This document shows, one piece after another, positions 37,490 to 41,640 of a stretch of 41,640 nucleotides of DNA. The number at the start of each line of letters is the position of its first letter. Within the stretch, counting starts at the first letter, position 1. The notes under the pieces were generated by a model that saw only the letters and a list, made by a program, of their open reading frames with translations, did no database searches and was not told the origin of the DNA. The stretch comes from Planctomycetota bacterium (GTDB lineage Bacteria > Planctomycetota > Phycisphaerae > Phycisphaerales > Phycisphaeraceae). The stretch covers positions 1 through 41,640 of the forward strand of contig JBCBSA010000001.1 in NCBI GenBank assembly GCA_039819425.1. The letters are read 5' to 3'. Position numbers and translations under genes: made by a program.

Positions 37490-38530
37490 CTACTCCCCCG
37501 GGACCCACTGGGCGTACACCCACCCGTGCGACGCGTGGAACGTCAGCCGGAAGTGCCGCAGCAACTCGTTGCCCACCCGCCCGATCAGCCGCTCGCCGCG
37601 CATCGTCGGCGGCGGCTCCTCGAAGTTCACCGGGACGTGCTCCAGGCTCAGCCCGAACAAGCGGAAGTCCTTCACCCACGCCTGCGTGCTCTGCACCGTG
37701 CCGCCCACGCCGGCCGTCCGGCCGCGCCCGGTGGCGTTGACCGACAAGACACCAGGGAACCGCTCGAGCACCGCGTTGGGCAGCGTCAGCGCGTTGTCCG
37801 CCCCATAGTCGATCAGCAGCCAGACCTCGACGCGCTGCGCCCCGTCGTACAGCTCGGCCCGCACGACCGGCAGCCGGCGGAACCGGTGCAGCCGTTCGCG
37901 GGTCGCGTCACGCGGCGGGCGGAACGCCGTCGGCTCGTACAGCGACAACTCCCGCCGCGACGCGTCGAGCGTGAACGGGACCGCCGCCAGGTCCGTGAAC
38001 CCCACGATCCCGCCCAGCGACACGCCCAGCGATTCGCCGAACCCCAGCAGCCTCAGCCCCGCCAGCTTGTCTCGTTCCAGCCGCAACACCCCGCGGGTCC
38101 CCTCGTCCGCCGAAACGCGTGCCCCCGGAGACGCCTGCCCGATCGAGTAGTGCCCGGCCCGGTAAAAATCGAAATCCTCGAACCCCCCCACCCCGACCGT
38201 CCGCCCCCGGCCGTCCTTCTCCAGCCCCAGCCGACCCGCCGACCCCTGGGCGATCACGCTCAGCGTCGCGCCGGTGTCGATCATCATCAACCCCACCGGC
38301 TCGCCGTCGATGTACCCCGGCACCAGCAGGTAGCCCCCGCTGCGAGTCAGCGGGATGTCCAGCCGCTCGGGTAGCCCCGCCGGGTCGGCCATCGTGTAGG
38401 TCGACGCCGCGGCCGATCGGTCCGCGGTCGTCGAGAGCACGGTGTCGGACGTGCCCGTCGACGTGCAACCGACCCCACAAACAAGCGCCCCCACGAAAAC
38501 GGCTCGCGGTACGATTCGGGTCAAACGCAT
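37490..38530 (-). CDS. Lipoprotein aspartyl protease with two retropepsin-like domains
   Basis: Lipobox GVGC; MMIDTGAT..GIVG and LLIDYGAD..GRVG half-sites. Confidence 0.82.
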   Translation of the reverse strand: MRLTRIVPRAVFVGALVCGVGCTSTGTSDTVLSTTADRSAAASTYTMADPAGLPERLDIPLTRSGGYLLVPGYIDGEPVGLMMIDTGATLSVIAQGSAGRLGLEKDGRGRTVGVGGFEDFDFYRAGHYSIGQASPGARVSADEGTRGVLRLERDKLAGLRLLGFGESLGVSLGGIVGFTDLAAVPFTLDASRRELSLYEPTAFRPPRDATRERLHRFRRLPVVRAELYDGAQRVEVWLLIDYGADNALTLPNAVLERFPGVLSVNATGRGRTAGVGGTVQSTQAWVKDFRLFGLSLEHVPVNFEEPPPTMRGERLIGRVGNELLRHFRLTFHASHGWVYAQWVPGE

Positions 38531-38536
38531 AGAGCG

Positions 38537-38542
38537 ATCCTA
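38537..38542 (-). promoter_or_regulatory. Putative -10 box (TAGGAT), leaderless aspartyl protease gene
   Basis: TAGGAT-cgctct-ATG(38530). Confidence 0.55.
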
Positions 38543-38561
38543 AGCCGCTTCCACCGACGAC

Positions 38562-39698
38562 TCACTCCGGCACAACCACGCAGCGGAACCCCGTGTGCTG
38601 TAACGCCGTGTCGAACGGCGTGCCGCGGCGGGCACTCGGTCGATAGCTCTCGCAGTAGTCGACGTGGCACAGGAACGAGCCGCCCTTGATCACGTAGCTG
38701 CGGGCCCCGGGGTTCGCGGCGTCGGACGGGAGGTCGGGGCTCGGCGGGTTGACGACCACGCCCCCGGGAGACCGCGCCGCCATCCGGGCCAGCGCGACGT
38801 GGCGGTCGTCGCGGTAGAGGTCGGCGGTCCACTCCCAGACGTTGCCGGCGGTGTCGTAGAGTCCGTAGCCGTTGGGTGGGAACTGTTTGACGGGGGCGGC
38901 CAGGGCGTGGCCGTCGTCGAGCGTGTTGTCGTGGGGGAACGTGCCGTCCCAGGTGTTGGCCAGGGTATTGCCGTCGGGCCGGAAGGTGTCGCCCCAGGCG
39001 AAACGGGTGTCGTCGTTGCCGCCCTTGGCCGCGTATTCCCACTGCGCTTCGGTGGGCAGCCGTTTGCCGGCCCAGTCGGCGTAGGCCTTGGCGTCTTCCC
39101 AGGCGACGTGTACCACGGGGTGGTTGTCTTTGCCCTGGATCGAGCTGCCGGGGCCCTGGGGGTGACGCCACGACGCGCCGTTCGTCCAGCTCCACCACGC
39201 GGCGTAGTTGTTCAGCGGCACCGCACGCTCCGGCGGCGTGAACACCAGCGACCCGGGCTGCAGCACGTCCGGAGGCGGCTTAGGCGTGCCGGGCGGGACC
39301 TGGTCTTTCATCGCTTCCCAGTCGACGAGGCGCTCGGCGACGGTGACGTAGCCGGTGGCCTCGACGAAGGCGGCGAACTGCCCGTTGGTCACTTCCGTTT
39401 CATCCATCCAAAACCCGCCGACGCGGACGGGGTGCGCCGGCCGCTCGTTGGCCCAGGTGTCGGACGCGTCCGTCCCCATGGTGAACGTGCCCCCCGGGAT
39501 CCAGACCATGCCGGGAGGGGCGGGACGAGCAGCGCTTACGGCGTCGGCGGGGTCGGCGTCGAGCGAGGCTTGAGCCAACAAACCCGCACGCCCCCCGGGG
39601 GTAGCGCAGCAGCCCGGCAACGCCGGAGCCTCGCCCCATGCCGGCCCCGCCGAGACGGTCAGCGCGATCAAGCCCAGTCGGTACAGCATCAGCGACAT
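38562..39698 (-). CDS. Formylglycine-generating enzyme family protein (SUMF1/FGE)
   Basis: IPGGTFTMG, EVTNGQF, HPVVHV.W.DA, RLPTEAQWEYAA, AGNVWEW, KGGSFLCHVDYCESYRPSAR, GFRC; start uncertain (39698 or 39746). Confidence 0.92.
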   Translation of the reverse strand: MSLMLYRLGLIALTVSAGPAWGEAPALPGCCATPGGRAGLLAQASLDADPADAVSAARPAPPGMVWIPGGTFTMGTDASDTWANERPAHPVRVGGFWMDETEVTNGQFAAFVEATGYVTVAERLVDWEAMKDQVPPGTPKPPPDVLQPGSLVFTPPERAVPLNNYAAWWSWTNGASWRHPQGPGSSIQGKDNHPVVHVAWEDAKAYADWAGKRLPTEAQWEYAAKGGNDDTRFAWGDTFRPDGNTLANTWDGTFPHDNTLDDGHALAAPVKQFPPNGYGLYDTAGNVWEWTADLYRDDRHVALARMAARSPGGVVVNPPSPDLPSDAANPGARSYVIKGGSFLCHVDYCESYRPSARRGTPFDTALQHTGFRCVVVPE

Positions 39699-39764
39699 CC
39701 TGCAGAAAACAAGCGTGAACCTCTTACGACCCGCAACAAACATCATCGTAGACCACCGTCACCG

Positions 39765-41261
39765 CTAACCGGGCGGCGAGTCGGCGCGGGCACCGGGGCC
39801 GACGGTGATGGCGTTTTTGCCCTGTTGTTTCGAGCGCATGGCCATGGTGTCGGCGAAGTCGAGGAGTTCTTCGGGGGTGCGGCCGTCCCACGGGAAACCC
39901 GCGAGGCCCCCGGAGATCGTGAGGTTGCCGGCGGCCTTGTCGAGCAGCTTGGGGAAGCGGTGGTCGATGACGGCACGCTGGAAGCGCTTGGCGGCGTTGA
40001 TCACGTCGTCGGGGTGTTTGGAGTCGGGCTTCCGGCGTTGGCCGGCGTCCCAGAAGATGACGGCGAACTCATCCCCGCCGATGCGCGCGACCACGTCGTG
40101 CTCACGGACGCAGCCGCGCATGAGCTTGGCGACGCCGCGGAGGATCTCGTCGCCGGCGGCGTGGCCGTAGGCGTCGTTGTAGCGCTTGAAGTCGTCGATG
40201 TCGAAGACCAGGAGCGTGACCTGTTGGCGGTCCTCGGCGGCACGGTCGATGATCTTTCGGAGGAAGTGATTGAAGTAGCGTCGGTTCCATGCGCCGGTGA
40301 GTTCGTCGCGCATCGCCAGGTCGCGGAGGCGGTTGAATTGGGCATCGAGGCGGAGCCATCGCACCAGCCAATCGGCCCAGGTACGCAGGCGATCGGTCAC
40401 GGCCCCGGGATCGACGCCGGGCGGGGGCGGGGCGTGGAGACGACCGAAGCCCTGGTCGGGGGTGCCGACCGGGACGGCGAGGTGGTCTTCGGGAACGGGC
40501 GTCTCGGGCGCGGCAAGCTGCGCGTCGGGCAGGCCGGCCTGGGCGCGGACCATACGGAGGGCCAGTCCGTCGAGCCCGCCTTCGCCGCGGAGGATCAGGT
40601 CGACCAGGTCGGTGTCGCCGAGTTGCTCGTCGTCGTCGGTGCCCGAGTGGGTTCCGGGGGTCGTGCCGGGGATCTTTCCGCGGGCCGTTTCCGGGATCGT
40701 TCCGGAGGGGGTTCCGGAGGTGGGCACGAGGGTGGTGGCGGGGACCGGGTCGCTGAGCGCCGCGGGCATCGCGGCGTCTAGGGTCGACTGATACGTCGGC
40801 GTGGGCTGAACAAGATCGAGACCGGTCAGGTCGGCGGGGTCGTCCGACACTCTGGGGGAGCCTTCGGACACGTCGGCGGGGTCGGCGGGTCGCAGCACGG
40901 TGGTGGTGTCGGCCGACGCGCCCCTCGGCGTCAGGCCGAGTTCGTCGGCGAGGGTGCGGTCGTCGGCGTCGGGGTCGAGCCGGGCGTCGAAGCCGGCGTC
41001 TTGGGCGGCGGCGGCGTGTTCGGCGAACGCCGGGTCGTGGTCCACGATGACCAGGCGGGATTTGGGCGCCAGCCGACGCAGCGACTCGGCGGCGGCGTGG
41101 GCCATCCCCGACAACGCCTCGGCCGGCCCGATCACCGCGGCCAGCGGCTGCCGGGCCGCTTCGCCCAACGCCGAGAGGAAGCTCTGCACAAGAATCACCC
41201 GGCCATGCGGCGGCATGAGGTGCTCGACCCGGCACGCCAGGTCGGCGTCGGCCACCACCAC
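39765..41261 (-). CDS. Diguanylate cyclase (GGDEF) with degenerate receiver-like N-terminus
   Basis: DELTG..NRR, DIDDFK.YND.YGH..GD, I-site REHD, RIGGDEF; start uncertain. Confidence 0.9.
   Translation of the reverse strand: MVVADADLACRVEHLMPPHGRVILVQSFLSALGEAARQPLAAVIGPAEALSGMAHAAAESLRRLAPKSRLVIVDHDPAFAEHAAAAQDAGFDARLDPDADDRTLADELGLTPRGASADTTTVLRPADPADVSEGSPRVSDDPADLTGLDLVQPTPTYQSTLDAAMPAALSDPVPATTLVPTSGTPSGTIPETARGKIPGTTPGTHSGTDDDEQLGDTDLVDLILRGEGGLDGLALRMVRAQAGLPDAQLAAPETPVPEDHLAVPVGTPDQGFGRLHAPPPPGVDPGAVTDRLRTWADWLVRWLRLDAQFNRLRDLAMRDELTGAWNRRYFNHFLRKIIDRAAEDRQQVTLLVFDIDDFKRYNDAYGHAAGDEILRGVAKLMRGCVREHDVVARIGGDEFAVIFWDAGQRRKPDSKHPDDVINAAKRFQRAVIDHRFPKLLDKAAGNLTISGGLAGFPWDGRTPEELLDFADTMAMRSKQQGKNAITVGPGARADSPPG
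40639..40722. repeat. Degenerate 12-bp tandem repeat (7 units) in the GGDEF linker
   Basis: gtgcccgagtgg gttccgggggtc gtgccggggatc tttccgcgggcc gtttccgggatc gttccggagggg gttccggaggtg. Confidence 0.6.
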
Positions 41262-41349
41262 GACCGGGGCGTGGCGCGGGTCGGGCCCCGGGTCGGCATC
41301 GACGCGGACGGCCGCGGAACGGGTTGGGGATACGGGCGGGTTCAGACGG

Positions 41350-41582
41350 TCACTCTCTCTCGGGTTCCGGTTCGGGGCCCGGCTCGGAGCCGGGGCCGGT
41401 GATGGGATCGCCCAACAGCATCGCCAATTCGTCTTCGCTCACCAGCGGGCCGTTGTCGTCGGGGTCCAAGTGATCGGCTTGGACCACCACGGAACGCAGC
41501 CGGCGGTCGGGGGTTTTCACGCGGGGGTTGGCGTCGCCGGCCTCGCTGACTTCCGGCGGGTCCGCAGGCCTCGTCTCCGGCG
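41350..41582 (-). CDS. C-terminal fragment of a hypothetical protein (5' part lost at the contig end)
   Basis: Open frame ending PLVSEDELAMLLGDP..EPERE; sequence beyond 41582 is an inverted copy of its own body. Confidence 0.5.
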
Positions 41583-41640
41583 GCGTTCCGTGGTGGTCCA
41601 AGCCGATCACTTGGACCCCGACGACAACGGCCCGCTGGTG
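41440..41640. repeat. Perfect 58-bp inverted repeat ending at the last base (likely fold-back artefact)
   Basis: 41583-41640 is the exact reverse complement of 41440-41497. Confidence 0.9.

Noticed and set aside
38664-40781. 705-aa plus-strand ORF, and similar long antisense ORFs (538-1731, 7578-9386, 9972-11474, 16387-18051, 19584-20852)
   Set aside because: Stop-poor shadows of well-supported genes in high-GC DNA, with no recognisable motifs
41262-41353. Possible frameshift or non-canonical start upstream of the GGDEF gene
   Set aside because: The frame stays open upstream without ATG/GTG/TTG and the GTG at 41353 is out of frame, but this cannot be resolved without homologs or reads

Overview
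A very GC-rich bacterial chromosomal segment. The gene content (DUF1800/DUF1501 pair, PEP-CTERM protein, DUF2617-like protein, CxxCGYDLRG..CPECG membrane protein, STN-like repeats) points to Planctomycetota, probably Phycisphaerae; this is inferred from family recall, not from a search. It holds about 32 protein genes, mostly unlinked housekeeping and envelope genes: gcvP, polX, a stand-alone atpD, araB, mscS, cyaB, exbD plus a TonB-like protein, an FGE-family enzyme and a GGDEF protein. I found no transposase, integrase, CRISPR array, rRNA or complete tRNA. Main observations: (1) a radical SAM enzyme with tetraether-synthase (Tes/GDGT-MAS)-like C-terminal motifs overlapping a GT2 glycosyltransferase gene; (2) a single-ORF fusion of an SGNH acetylesterase and a ParA ATPase; (3) a TonB-like protein carrying CARDB-like Ig domains; (4) a 75-bp heptamer-built palindrome inserted in frame in gcvP; (5) ten genes with a TANNNT box 5-6 nt before the start codon, suggesting widespread leaderless transcription; (6) an unannotated ~235-nt 6S-RNA-like rod and a ~55-nt candidate sRNA; (7) a PadR/HAAS-STN module with four operator-like boxes spaced 15 bp apart. 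The last 58 bp are a perfect fold-back of 41440-41497 and are probably an assembly artefact.
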